Below are positions 1 to 9,759 of a DNA stretch of 64,000 nt, piece after piece. The position numbers were made by a program, and so were the translations under genes. Source of the stretch: Candidatus Aminicenantes bacterium (GTDB lineage: Bacteria; Acidobacteriota; Aminicenantia; Aminicenantales; CAVYOD01). Position 1 is the first letter of the stretch, and each line of letters opens with the position of its first letter. The stretch covers positions 345,360-409,359 of the forward strand of contig OY969586.1 in the NCBI GenBank assembly GCA_963701305.1, given 5' to 3'. The notes under the pieces were generated by a model. That model had not been told where the DNA came from. It worked only from the letters and a program-made list of their open reading frames with translations, and made no database searches.

Positions 1-362
1 TTTTCGTAGTCCGTTGCCGACAGGAGTTTCCCCAGGTCGGCTTTATCTTTCATTTTGATCCGGACGATCCAGCCTTTGCCGTGAGGATCCTTGTTCAGCA
101 AATCAGCCGCCGCGTTCAACTCCTCGTTAACCTGCACGACCTCGCCGGAGACCGGAGAGAAGACATCGGACACCGATTTCACCGATTCGATGACGCCGAG
201 TGTCTGATGAAATTCAAGCCGTTTTCCGGGGGCCGGGAGTTCCACATAGATCACATCGCCCAGCTGCTTCTGGGCAAAATCGGTAATCCCGACCGTGGCT
301 TGATCCCCGTTAACCTGGACCCACTCATGGTCTCTCGTGAAGTAGAAATCATTCGGATACAT
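1..362 (-). CDS. gcvH: Glycine cleavage system H protein (3' end runs off the window)
   Basis: My translation from the ATG at 362 gives MYPNDFYFTRDHEWV...VGITDFAQKQLGDVIYVELP...ESVKSVSD (lipoyl-lysine motif). It lies directly downstream of gcvT. Confidence 0.95.
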   Translation of the reverse strand, partial: MYPNDFYFTRDHEWVQVNGDQATVGITDFAQKQLGDVIYVELPAPGKRLEFHQTLGVIESVKSVSDVFSPVSGEVVQVNEELNAAADLLNKDPHGKGWIVRIKMKDKADLGKLLSATDYE

Positions 363-390
363 TTTCCCTCCAATCAAAATACAGGACCCC

Positions 391-1482
391 TCACTGTTTT
401 TTTCTTTTATAGAAAGGCGTCGGGACGACTTTGGCCTTGGCCCGCCTATCCCGGATGCCGATTTCCAGTTCCGTCCCATAGCCGGTCGATTCAGCAGGCA
501 GGTAGGTCAAACCGATACTCTTCTTGAGGAAGGGAGAGAATGAGCCGGAGCACACGGTCGAGACCTCTTGTCCTTTGATGAAGACAGGGTAATGAGGCCG
601 GGCAATGCCCTTGTCCACGAGCTCGAACCCGGCGATCTTCCGCCAGGGGCCCCTGGCCATTTGTTCCTCCAGCGGTTTCCTCCCAAGAAAATCGCCTTTG
701 TCAAGCTTGATGATCCACTTGAGATCCGCCTCGAGGACGGTCGTCGTCTCGTCGATGTCGTTGCCGTAGAGCATGAGCTTGGCTTCGAGTCGAAGGGTAT
801 CCCTGGCGCCGAGCCCCACCGGGAGGAGGCCGAAGCCCCGACCAAGTTCCAGGATGGCTTCCCAGATGACTCCCGGATTCGGAGAAAGGGTGTAGATTTC
901 AAACCCGTCTTCACCAGTGTATCCCGTCCTGGAAACGAGTGTCTCGATTCCGGCCACCTTGCCCCGCCTCGATCTGAACGACTTCAGGTCCACGAGGTTG
1001 ATATCGGTGAGCGGCTGGAGGATTTTCTCCGCCTCGGGCCCCTGCAGGGCCAACTGGCTGTAGGCATCACTCAGGTTATCGACCTGCACCGCGAAGGGAG
1101 CTTCCTGGTGGAGAACCCAGAGATAATCCTTATCCGCATTTGAGGCGTTGACGACCAGAAGAAACTTCTGCGCGGCCAGGCGGTAGACAAGCATATCGTC
1201 AACGAATGTCCCCTTGGCTGTTGTCAGGGCGGTGTACTGGACCTGGCCGATGTCCAGCCGCGAAGCGTCGTTGGGGGTCAGGAACTGGACGAAGGCCAGG
1301 GCGTCCCGGCCTGATATCTGGATCTCTCCCATGTGGCTGACATCGAAGAGCCCGGCCTGCCGCCGGACGGCGAGGTGCTCGTCGATGATGCCCTTGAATT
1401 CGAGCGGCATCTCCCAATCAAAGAACTCAATCATCTTGGCGCCGAGTTTTTTGTGGTAAGCATTGAGCCGCGTTTGCTTCAT
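391..1482 (-). CDS. gcvT: Glycine cleavage system aminomethyltransferase T
   Basis: LFDVSHMGEI, SRTGYTGEDGFEI and GLGARDTLRLEA motifs. Confidence 0.97.
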   Translation of the reverse strand: MKQTRLNAYHKKLGAKMIEFFDWEMPLEFKGIIDEHLAVRRQAGLFDVSHMGEIQISGRDALAFVQFLTPNDASRLDIGQVQYTALTTAKGTFVDDMLVYRLAAQKFLLVVNASNADKDYLWVLHQEAPFAVQVDNLSDAYSQLALQGPEAEKILQPLTDINLVDLKSFRSRRGKVAGIETLVSRTGYTGEDGFEIYTLSPNPGVIWEAILELGRGFGLLPVGLGARDTLRLEAKLMLYGNDIDETTTVLEADLKWIIKLDKGDFLGRKPLEEQMARGPWRKIAGFELVDKGIARPHYPVFIKGQEVSTVCSGSFSPFLKKSIGLTYLPAESTGYGTELEIGIRDRRAKAKVVPTPFYKRKKQ

Positions 1483-1574
1483 GATTCTTCCCTATGATTT
1501 TTCCGGTTTTACGACGAACCAATATCATACAATTTCGTTTTTCCAAGTTCAAGAAAAATCAGCGCTAAAAGAAT

Positions 1575-1671
1575 GTGAGCAGTGAGCACAGAGCCGTCGA
1601 AAGAAAACCACTTCCAGCGAATTAAATTATTTGGTTTGTAAACGGCTCACGGCTCACTGCTCACGGCTCAC
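1575..1671. repeat. Inverted pair of 7-mer tandem arrays
   Basis: GTGAGCA GTGAGCA CAGAGCC (1575-1595), then CGGCTCA CGGCTCA CTGCTCA CGGCTCA (1643-1670). Confidence 0.8.
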
Positions 1672-1700
1672 TTCTTGGTGGCTTGCTCAAAGTTCAGATT

Positions 1701-1710
1701 TTGCTATAAT
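1701..1710 (+). promoter_or_regulatory. Extended -10 sigma70 promoter of argS
   Basis: TGCTATAAT ends 12 nt before the ATG; no SD sequence. Confidence 0.6.
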
Positions 1711-1722
1711 AGCTAGCTATAA

Positions 1723-3663
1723 ATGATCAAGTTTAAGGAAACTTTAAAGGATGAGATTGCTCGAAAACTCCAGGGAAAGTACCCTCTTTCCCCGGCCGAG
1801 ATCGAGTTCAACTATGCGCCCCAGCATCAGATGGGGGATCTGGCCTTGACCTTCACCTTTCAGCTGGCGAAGAAAATGCAGGCCAACCCGCGCCAGATCG
1901 CGCTTGAGATTGTGAAGCTCCTCTCCCCTCTGCCTGGGGTCGAGAGGATTGAAATTGCGGGCGGCGGCTACATCAATCTTTTTCTGGACAAGAAGAGCTT
2001 CTTCCTGAGCCGGCTCCGATCGCTCGGCAAGAGTTCCCTATCGAGCGAGGAAGAAAAGGTCGTGATTGAGCACACCAACATCAATCCCAACAAAGCGGCC
2101 CATATCGGGCACCTCCGTAACGCCTGCTTGGGAGACACGCTCGGAAGGTGCCTCAAATACAAAGGGGAAAAGGTCGAGGTCCAGAACTACATCGATGACA
2201 CGGGCGTCCAGGTTGTGGATGTCGTCTTCGGTTTCATGGAGCTCGAGGGAAAAAGCCTGCCCGACATGGAACGGATTCCGGGCAAATTCGACTATTACTG
2301 CTGGGATCTCTATGCCCGCACCGCGCTCTACCTGGAAAGCCACCCCGAGTCTCAAGAAAGAAAAGCCGAGATCCTGAAAAAGATCGAACGCCGGACAAAT
2401 CCGGAATCGGAAATGGCCGATTACATATCCAGGCGCATCCTGCGGGCCCATCTGGCCACGATGCGTCGAATCGGCGTGAGCTATGATGTCCTCCCCTGCG
2501 AGAGCACGATCCTCGCCCTGAAGTTCTGGGACAAGGCCTTCGAAACGCTCCAGGAAAAGAGGGGAATCTATTATGTGGAAGAGGGGGCGAACAAGGGTTG
2601 CTGGGTGATGAAGCTCGAGGAGGAAGAGGAGAAGGAAAAGATCATCGTCCGCTCCGACGGCACCGTCACGTATGTCGGAAAAGACATCGCCTACCAGCTT
2701 TGGAAATTCGGGCTTCTGGGAAAGGATTTCTGCTACGAGCCTTTCGAGGAAGAAGACGGGAGGACGCTCTGGATTACGACGGCCCGGCCTTATCCTGGTC
2801 CGGCGCCCCAATTCGGGAAGGCGAGCCGGGTTTACAACGTCATCGATTCTCGCCAGGCCTATCTCCAGAAAGTCGTTGTGCAAGGCCTCAGGGCCCTGAA
2901 GTTCCCGGTCCAGGCCGCAAAATCGATCCACTTTTCCTACGAGATGGTCGCCCTATCGCCCAAGAGCCTCAAGGAGCTCAAAGTCGACCTCTCCGAAGGG
3001 GACAAGGAAAGGGCTTTCCTGGAGGTCTCCGGCCGGAAGGGCCTCGGCGTCAAGGCCGATGACCTCCTCGACAGACTCGAGGAGAAAGCGCTCCTGGAGG
3101 TCGAGAAGCGGAACCCGGAACTCGCTCCGGATCCGAAGGAGACAATCGCCCGGCAGATCGCGGCCGGAGCCTTGCGCTATTTCATGCTCAAGTTCGCCCG
3201 CAATTCGTTGATCATTTTCGACTTCGACGAGGCCCTGAATTTCGAGGGCGAGACCGGCCCTTATCTCCAATATGCGCTGGTCAGGCTGAACAGCATTTTC
3301 CGGAAACTGGAGGAGCGTGAGAACTTCGGCGCCGAAGAGCTCAGGCGGCTCCTTTTGGAGGCCGAGGTTTCGCTGGAGGGCCTGCCGGAGCGGGAGTTGG
3401 CCGATTTCTGGGGACTCCTCTTTTATGCCAGCCAGTTCGAAGAGGAGATCCTTCACTCGGCGAACTCGCTCGAATTCTCCCATCTGGCCAAGTTCGCCTT
3501 TCTCCTCTGCCAGAAGCTAAACGCTTATTACCATCTCTATCCCATCCTGGCCGAAGAGAAAGAGAGCTTGAAACGAATCCGCATCCTGACGATTTATTAT
3601 ATTAAGGAAATATTGCGCCATGCCTTGCTGCTCATGGGCATACCACAACCGGAGAAAATGTAA
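1723..3663 (+). CDS. argS: Arginine--tRNA ligase
   Basis: NPNKAAHIGHLRN (HIGH motif), SGRKG, and FEGETGPYLQY in the DALR anticodon-binding domain. Confidence 0.96.
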   Translation: MIKFKETLKDEIARKLQGKYPLSPAEIEFNYAPQHQMGDLALTFTFQLAKKMQANPRQIALEIVKLLSPLPGVERIEIAGGGYINLFLDKKSFFLSRLRSLGKSSLSSEEEKVVIEHTNINPNKAAHIGHLRNACLGDTLGRCLKYKGEKVEVQNYIDDTGVQVVDVVFGFMELEGKSLPDMERIPGKFDYYCWDLYARTALYLESHPESQERKAEILKKIERRTNPESEMADYISRRILRAHLATMRRIGVSYDVLPCESTILALKFWDKAFETLQEKRGIYYVEEGANKGCWVMKLEEEEEKEKIIVRSDGTVTYVGKDIAYQLWKFGLLGKDFCYEPFEEEDGRTLWITTARPYPGPAPQFGKASRVYNVIDSRQAYLQKVVVQGLRALKFPVQAAKSIHFSYEMVALSPKSLKELKVDLSEGDKERAFLEVSGRKGLGVKADDLLDRLEEKALLEVEKRNPELAPDPKETIARQIAAGALRYFMLKFARNSLIIFDFDEALNFEGETGPYLQYALVRLNSIFRKLEERENFGAEELRRLLLEAEVSLEGLPERELADFWGLLFYASQFEEEILHSANSLEFSHLAKFAFLLCQKLNAYYHLYPILAEEKESLKRIRILTIYYIKEILRHALLLMGIPQPEKM

Positions 3664-3670
3664 GTCAGAT

Positions 3671-3909
3671 TGGTAAGGAGTAAGTGGTAAGGAGTAAGGA
3701 GTAAATGAATATCAGCGGGTTGCCGGAAACCCCTGGGCAAAAACAAGAAAAAGGGCATTTAACGTTGATCAGACGCGACCCGGCCCTTCTAAGAATATTC
3801 ATGTAACAGAGAAGGCAAAGATGTTTCTAGGGGTTAACAAATTCGAGGAGGCTCATAGATTAAAATAATTATGACCCCTTACCCCTCACTCCTTACTATT
3901 TACCGTTTA
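3671..3909. repeat. Inverted pair of 7-mer tandem arrays flanking a ~170 bp spacer
   Basis: TGGTAAG GAGTAAG TGGTAAG GAGTAAG GAGTAAA (3671-3705), then CCCCTTA CCCCTCA CTCCTTA CTATTTA CCGTTTA (3875-3909). Confidence 0.85.
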
Positions 3910-3931
3910 GAGCTATTGATAGGAGGTTTAG

Positions 3932-4861
3932 ATGATCGAGGTTGCCGAACTCACCAAGAAATACGGTGAGCTGGTGGCGGTCCAAAGCCTGAGCTTCAAA
4001 GTCGAGCCGGGCAAGATCTGGGGGCTCCTGGGCCCGAACGCCGCCGGCAAAACAACGACGATGCGAATCTTGACCGGATTTCTCCCGGCCACCGAAGGCA
4101 GGGCGACGGTCGCCGGTTTCGACATCTTTGAACAGCCCAACGAAGCCAAAAGGGTGATCGGTTATCTCCCGGAGATTGTCCCACTCTATCCGGACATGAC
4201 GGTTACGTCCTACCTGTCTTTCGTCGCGGAAATCAAGCAGGTGCCTGCGCCGAAGCGGAAAGAGGCGCTGGCCCGGGGGCTCAAAATCAGCGGCCTGGAG
4301 GGCGTCAAATCCCGGTTGATCAAAAACATATCTCGAGGCTACAAGCAGCGCGTGGGCATCGCCCAGGCGCTGATCCATGACCCCAAGGTCCTGATCCTCG
4401 ACGAGCCGACGATCGGCCTCGACCCGGCCCAGATCATCGAGATCAGGGAGCTCATCAAATCGCTCCGCGGGGAGCACACGATCATGCTCTCAACCCACAT
4501 CCTGGCCGAGGTCACTCAGACCTGCGACGGTGTCGTCATCATCAACGAAGGAAAGCTCATGGCCTCCGGTTCGCTGGCCGAGCTAACCGCCTCTTTCAAA
4601 CAGAAGGACGGCATCATCCTCAAGCTCCGCAAATCCGGCCCCGAGTCCGCCGCGGAGCTAAGGAAGATCTCGGGGGTCGAGAGGGTCACGCAGAAAGATT
4701 CCGAATTCACCGTCGAGTGGAGCCCGGCGAAAGACCTCCGGGATGCGCTCACTCGTTTCGTGGTCGATCGAGACCTGGGACTGGTCGAGATGAGGCCCTT
4801 TGCCATGAGCATCGAGGACCTCTACCTCAAAATCGTCTCGGGAGGAGGGCCGGAACAATGA
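3932..4861 (+). CDS. ABC-2 type transporter ATP-binding protein (GldA-like)
   Basis: Walker A GPNAAGKTT, SRGYKQR signature, ILDEPT; SD AGGAGG. Confidence 0.93.
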   Translation: MIEVAELTKKYGELVAVQSLSFKVEPGKIWGLLGPNAAGKTTTMRILTGFLPATEGRATVAGFDIFEQPNEAKRVIGYLPEIVPLYPDMTVTSYLSFVAEIKQVPAPKRKEALARGLKISGLEGVKSRLIKNISRGYKQRVGIAQALIHDPKVLILDEPTIGLDPAQIIEIRELIKSLRGEHTIMLSTHILAEVTQTCDGVVIINEGKLMASGSLAELTASFKQKDGIILKLRKSGPESAAELRKISGVERVTQKDSEFTVEWSPAKDLRDALTRFVVDRDLGLVEMRPFAMSIEDLYLKIVSGGGPEQ

Positions 4862-5625
4862 AAAACATCTGGACAATTACCCGCAAAGAGCTGAAATCCT
4901 ACTTCAGCTCGCCGATCGCCTACGCGATCATTGCCGTTTTCCTGGTGCTGGTGGGATTCTTCTTTTACAGCCTGATCTGGTGGTTCAACTCTCAATCGAT
5001 GCAGATGGCCCAGAATCCTTATTACTATCAGCAGATCAACATCAACCAGATGGTCTATTCGCCTCTCTTCCACAACATCAGCATCATCCTCCTGCTGGTG
5101 CTCCCCATCCTGACCATGCGCCTTTTCTCCGAAGAAAAGAAGATCGGAACGGATGAGCTTCTCTACACCTCGCCGATCACGATCAACCAGATCATCCTGG
5201 GAAAATACCTGGCCTCGCTCATCGTCCTGGCCCTGATGCTGGCCCTGACGGGCATCCTGTCGCTGTTCACCTTCTTTTACGGCAATCCCGAGGTTGTGCC
5301 CCTCCTCAACGGCTACTTGGGCCTGTTCCTCATCGGCGCCGCCTTCATAGCCGTCGGCATTTTCTTCTCCTCTCTCACCGAGAACCAGATCGTCTCCGCG
5401 GTCCTCACCTTCGGCGCCCTGCTCTTGTTCTGGATACTTTCCTGGGCTTCCTACTCGGCCGGAGGGATGTGGAAGGGCGTCCTCAACTACCTCTCATTCT
5501 TCCAACACTTCGACAACATGACCCAGGGGATCCTCGACACGACCGATGTGGTTTATTACGCGAGTTTCGCTTTCTTCGGGCTCTTTCTCACGCACTCGGT
5601 CATCCAATCCCGGCGGTGGAGGTGA
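4858..5625 (+). CDS. ABC-2 permease (GldF-like)
   Basis: ATGA overlap with the upstream gene; KELKSYFSSPIAY, TMRLFSEEKK.GT.ELL; six hydrophobic segments. Confidence 0.9.
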   Translation: MKNIWTITRKELKSYFSSPIAYAIIAVFLVLVGFFFYSLIWWFNSQSMQMAQNPYYYQQININQMVYSPLFHNISIILLLVLPILTMRLFSEEKKIGTDELLYTSPITINQIILGKYLASLIVLALMLALTGILSLFTFFYGNPEVVPLLNGYLGLFLIGAAFIAVGIFFSSLTENQIVSAVLTFGALLLFWILSWASYSAGGMWKGVLNYLSFFQHFDNMTQGILDTTDVVYYASFAFFGLFLTHSVIQSRRWR

Positions 5626-5628
5626 GCG

Positions 5629-7212
5629 ATGAAAAAGATCAAAGATTATCTCAACTATATCGGCCTGGGCCTGATCTTCCTGGCGCTGGTCGCGATCAGG
5701 ATCTGGCCTTATAGAAAAGCCGTCGCCTTCGTTCTGGCCCTGCTGGGCATCGCGGCCTTGGCGGTCTACATCCTCTCCAACCTGGCCATCCTCAAGAAAA
5801 GCCTCAAGCGAAAATCTTTCCTTTATTCTAGCAACCTCTTCTTGATCATCATCCTCGTACTCGCGATCATCGTCCTGGCCAACTACGTCCTCTCCAGACA
5901 TCACTACCGGATCGATTTCACCCAATCCAAATCCCACTCCCTGTCCAATCAGACGATCACGGTCCTCAAGAACCTGAAAAATGATGTGACCATCAAGTGT
6001 TTCTACCGGGAGGGGAACATGAGCCGGGCGACCATGGAAAACCTCCTGAAGATCTACGCTTATCATTCCGGCAGGATCAAATTCGAGTTTATCGATCCGG
6101 ATAAGAACCCCGGGCTGGTCAAGCGTTACGATGTCACCCAGGACGGAACCTCCATCCTGGAATGCGGCGACAAGGAAAACAGGATCACCGCCTCGACCGA
6201 AGAAGAGATCACCAACGCCGTCATCAAGGTCACCCGGGCGAAGAAGAAGACGATCTATTTCCTGGAGGGACACGGCGAGGCGTCGACCGAGCAGAGCGAG
6301 GACCGAGGTTATTCCCAGACCAAAACGGAGCTCGAGAAGATGGGTTACGAGGTCAAGAAGCAGACTCTCGCCCTGACCGATACGTTCCCCAAAGACATCG
6401 CTCTTCTCGTCATCGCGGGCCCGCAAAAGGACCTGCTGCCGAACGAGCTCGAAACGATCAAGAAATATGTCGAGGGGGGAGGACGGGTGTTCTTCATGGT
6501 CGACCCGGAAACAGAGCCCGGGCTCATCCCCTACCTCAGGGAGTTCGGCATCAAGCTGGAAAACGACCTGATCGTGGACACGGTCTCGCGTCTCTTCGGC
6601 GGGGATTATTTTATGCCCGTGGTCAGCGATTATGAATCCCACGAAATTACCAAGAACTTCCGTTACGCCATATTCTTCCCCTTTGCCCGGTCGGTCGACG
6701 CGATCGAAACCAAGCCCGAGGGGACGAGCGTTACCATCCTGGCGAAGACAAGCCCCAATTCCTGGTCGGAGCGGGACCTGAACGAGAAGAAGGTGAAGTT
6801 CGACAAAGACAAGGACAAGCAAGGCCCTATCCCACTGGCCGCGGTTGTCACGATCAAGGCCAAGACGCAAGAGCCTTCAAAAACGCCGGGATCTCCCGAG
6901 GCTCAGAAGCAGTCACCCATTCAGGCCGCCCCAAAGACTCAAGAGGGCCGGATAGCCGTCTTCGGTGACTCGGACTTCGCCTCGAACCGCTATTTCAACC
7001 TCTCGGGCAACGGGAATTTCTTCCTGAACACGGTCAACTGGTTGACCGAGGAGTCCGACCTGATTTCGATCCAACCCAAAACCTCCTCGCCGCGGACGAT
7101 TCAACTCTCTCCCTCTCAGGGCCGGATCATCTTTTTCGTCTCGGTCATCATCCTGCCCTTGATGGTGCTTCTCCTCGGGATCTCGATCTGGGTCAGGAGG
7201 CGGTCACTATGA
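5629..7212 (+). CDS. GldG-family ABC auxiliary component
   Basis: N-terminal TM segments, DFTQSKSHSLS, YFLEGHGE, FGDSDF, N..FFLNTVNWL, C-terminal TM segment. Confidence 0.88.
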   Translation: MKKIKDYLNYIGLGLIFLALVAIRIWPYRKAVAFVLALLGIAALAVYILSNLAILKKSLKRKSFLYSSNLFLIIILVLAIIVLANYVLSRHHYRIDFTQSKSHSLSNQTITVLKNLKNDVTIKCFYREGNMSRATMENLLKIYAYHSGRIKFEFIDPDKNPGLVKRYDVTQDGTSILECGDKENRITASTEEEITNAVIKVTRAKKKTIYFLEGHGEASTEQSEDRGYSQTKTELEKMGYEVKKQTLALTDTFPKDIALLVIAGPQKDLLPNELETIKKYVEGGGRVFFMVDPETEPGLIPYLREFGIKLENDLIVDTVSRLFGGDYFMPVVSDYESHEITKNFRYAIFFPFARSVDAIETKPEGTSVTILAKTSPNSWSERDLNEKKVKFDKDKDKQGPIPLAAVVTIKAKTQEPSKTPGSPEAQKQSPIQAAPKTQEGRIAVFGDSDFASNRYFNLSGNGNFFLNTVNWLTEESDLISIQPKTSSPRTIQLSPSQGRIIFFVSVIILPLMVLLLGISIWVRRRSL

Positions 7213-8594
7213 AATTCAAGACAACGGCCATTCTCCTGGGCGTCCTTATCGCTTTGCTCGTCTTCGTATATTTTGCGGAGTTCAAGGGAAAGGCGGAAAA
7301 GGAAAAAGCCACCGAGGCCAAGGAGAAGCTCGTGTCCCTGACTTCCGGGGACGTGCAGAAGATCAATTTCAAAACAGAAAACGGAAGCTTCGCATTCAAG
7401 AAAGACGATAAGGGCGAGTGGCTGGTCACCGAGCCGATCGAAGTCAAAGCCGATAACGACGAAGTCAACCGTCTGGCCGAGAACTTTTCCGACCTTAAAC
7501 TCGAACGAGTCGTCGAGGCGGAGCCCAAAGATCTGACCAGGTACGAAATCCCCAGGCGCGAGATCAGCCTCTGGTCCAAGGGCCAGGAAAAGCCGGTCAA
7601 AATCCTCGTCGGCATGGAGAATCCCCTCGATAAAACCTTTTTCGCCAAGAGGGACGACGAAAAAAAGGTCGTCCTGATCCCGAGCTCCCTCAAGACCGAT
7701 CTCGATAAAAAACTCCTGGACTTCCGGCAGAAGGACATCTTCAAGTTCGAGACCGGCGATATCAAGACGGTCAGGCTGAAGGCGAAGCAGATAGAATGGC
7801 AGGCCTCGGAGAAAGACAAAGATTGGTTCCTGGAGCGGCCGATCGAGGCCCTCTCGAGCAAGAGCAAGATCGAAAGTGTCCTGAGCTCACTCTCCGGACT
7901 CAAGGCCAAGGAATTCGTGAGCGAGGCCAAGACACCGGAAGAGGTGAAGAAATACGGCCTCGATAAGCCCGAGTACGAGGTCGCGCTGTCGATGCCTCTG
8001 ACCAACAAAGAGGTTGTCTTTTCGCTCCACAAGGTGGATGACAAGATCTATGGTACGACTTCCCAATCCACCAAAATTGTGCTGGTCGAAAATCAGATCC
8101 TCAACGACCTCGAGAAAAAGGCCGATGACTTGAGGGAAAAGAAAGTCGCCGATTTTTACAGCTGGGACGCCCAAAAGCTCTCCCTGAAAAAAGGCGGGCT
8201 GGAGCTGTCGGTCACCAAAGACAAGGAATCCAAGTGGCATTTTGCACCTCCCCTCAAGGATGAAGCGGACGGCTCAAAAGTCGATGCCTTGATCAGGAAA
8301 CTGGAGGGCCTCGAAGCGGCCGCTTTTATCGACCCTCCGTTCAAACTCTCCGACTACGGCCTGGACAAGCCCCAGGCGGTGGTGAAGATCGGGGTCAAAG
8401 AAGGAGATGAAAAGACGGGAAAGCTCAAGGAAACAAGTCTGCTCATCGGCAAAGAGGACAGCGACAAAAAACAGGTCGCGGTTCAGAACACCAAGTTGAA
8501 TTACCTCTTCCGGGTCGATTCGAGCTTTTTGACCGAGTTCCCCAAGGAAGCCAAAGACTGGAAAATAGAAAAGAAAGAAGCTGAAAAAAAGTAG
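7209..8594 (+). CDS. DUF4340 domain protein (repeated YGLDKP units)
   Basis: N-terminal membrane anchor and YGLDKP repeats; usual fourth gene of Gld-like ABC operons. Confidence 0.8.
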   Translation: MKFKTTAILLGVLIALLVFVYFAEFKGKAEKEKATEAKEKLVSLTSGDVQKINFKTENGSFAFKKDDKGEWLVTEPIEVKADNDEVNRLAENFSDLKLERVVEAEPKDLTRYEIPRREISLWSKGQEKPVKILVGMENPLDKTFFAKRDDEKKVVLIPSSLKTDLDKKLLDFRQKDIFKFETGDIKTVRLKAKQIEWQASEKDKDWFLERPIEALSSKSKIESVLSSLSGLKAKEFVSEAKTPEEVKKYGLDKPEYEVALSMPLTNKEVVFSLHKVDDKIYGTTSQSTKIVLVENQILNDLEKKADDLREKKVADFYSWDAQKLSLKKGGLELSVTKDKESKWHFAPPLKDEADGSKVDALIRKLEGLEAAAFIDPPFKLSDYGLDKPQAVVKIGVKEGDEKTGKLKETSLLIGKEDSDKKQVAVQNTKLNYLFRVDSSFLTEFPKEAKDWKIEKKEAEKK

Positions 8595-8691
8595 GCCGCA
8601 GGCTGGCGGCCGGCTGAGAGCCGTGGGCACAGTTGGGGCAAACCGCGCATCCCGCGGCCCTTTTTTGCGCTCCTCTCAGACCATTCGGACT

Positions 8692-9759
8692 GTGAAATCG
8701 GAATTCAGACATAAATTACTGTCCTGGTATGGACGGAGTCATCGCCGGTTACCCTGGCGAGAGACACGTGATCCCTACAGGATCTGGGTCTCGGAAGTCA
8801 TGCTCCAGCAGACGACCGTCGCTGCCGTCGTGCCCTATTACGAGAAGTGGCTCAAGCTTTTTCCGGATTTGAGGAGTTTGGCGAAAGCTCCGCTGCGTAA
8901 AGTGCTCAAGGCTTGGCAGGGTCTGGGATATTATGCCCGGGCGAGGCACCTCCATCAGGCGGCCAAGATCGTGGTCAAAACCTACGGCTGCCAAATCCCC
9001 AGAGATTATCATAGCCTGCGCCGCCTTCCGGGATTCGGCCCTTACACGACCGCGGCTCTCCTCAGCCTCGCCTTTGACGAACCGGTCCCGCTCGTCGACG
9101 CTAACGTGAGGCGCGTCGTGATGCGTCTGCTCGGAATTCAAGGGGAAGCCGAAGCCAGGCATGACCGCAGGCTGGAAGGTTTTCTCTTGGTTCATATGGC
9201 TCAAAAAGATCCGGGGCTTTTTAATCAAGCCTGGATGGAGCTGGGCGCCCTCGTCTGCCGTCCCCAAAACCCTCTCTGCCTGCTCTGCCCCTTTCCTGAC
9301 CTTTGTCTAGCTTATCTATCGGGCCAACAGGAAGTCATCCCCCGGCCCAAAAAAAGGGAATACCGGACGATCGAAGCCGTTGTGGCCGTTATTTCAAAAA
9401 GAGGAAAGTACCTGATCCAGAAGAGACCACCCCAGGGGATGTTCGCCGAACTCTGGGAGTTTCCAGGCGGAAAACAGATGCCGGGCGAAAAGCCAGAGGC
9501 AGCTCTTCGCCGGGAGATTAGAGAGGAGCTGGGTCCGGAGATCCGGGACGTAAAGTTCCTGCTCCGATTACGTCATGCCTACACCCGCTTCCAGGTTAAC
9601 CTTTCAGCCTTCGCGTGTACGCTCAAGACCGATCCGCCCATCGACCGTCTCACCCGGCGCTGGGTCACCCTCTCCGCCCTTCGGCATTATCCCTTCCCCA
9701 CGGGCAGCGCCCGAATCGTGAAATACCTGGAGGAAAGGGCTAGAATGGAAAAGCGGTGA
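8692..9759 (+). CDS. mutY: A/G-specific adenine glycosylase with C-terminal Nudix domain (start uncertain; ORF open from 8623)
   Basis: LPWRETRDPYRIWVSEVMLQQT, GLGYYARAR, HhH LPGFGPYT, and Fe-S motif C-X6-C-X2-C-X5-C. Confidence 0.95.
   Translation: MKSEFRHKLLSWYGRSHRRLPWRETRDPYRIWVSEVMLQQTTVAAVVPYYEKWLKLFPDLRSLAKAPLRKVLKAWQGLGYYARARHLHQAAKIVVKTYGCQIPRDYHSLRRLPGFGPYTTAALLSLAFDEPVPLVDANVRRVVMRLLGIQGEAEARHDRRLEGFLLVHMAQKDPGLFNQAWMELGALVCRPQNPLCLLCPFPDLCLAYLSGQQEVIPRPKKREYRTIEAVVAVISKRGKYLIQKRPPQGMFAELWEFPGGKQMPGEKPEAALRREIREELGPEIRDVKFLLRLRHAYTRFQVNLSAFACTLKTDPPIDRLTRRWVTLSALRHYPFPTGSARIVKYLEERARMEKR

Noticed and set aside
391-1720. Glycine riboswitch upstream of gcvT, or T-boxes upstream of argS and serS
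   Set aside because: I found no recognisable aptamer or T-box sequence, and the promoters lie too close to the start codons.
1575-3909. Short repeat arrays as a possible CRISPR array
   Set aside because: Units are 7 nt and tandem without unique spacers, and no cas genes are present.
5494-6870. Long antisense ORFs (also 10744-12168, 17865-18878, 31730-32980, 62147-63385)
   Set aside because: These are shadow frames of well-supported genes in GC-rich DNA with no motifs of their own.
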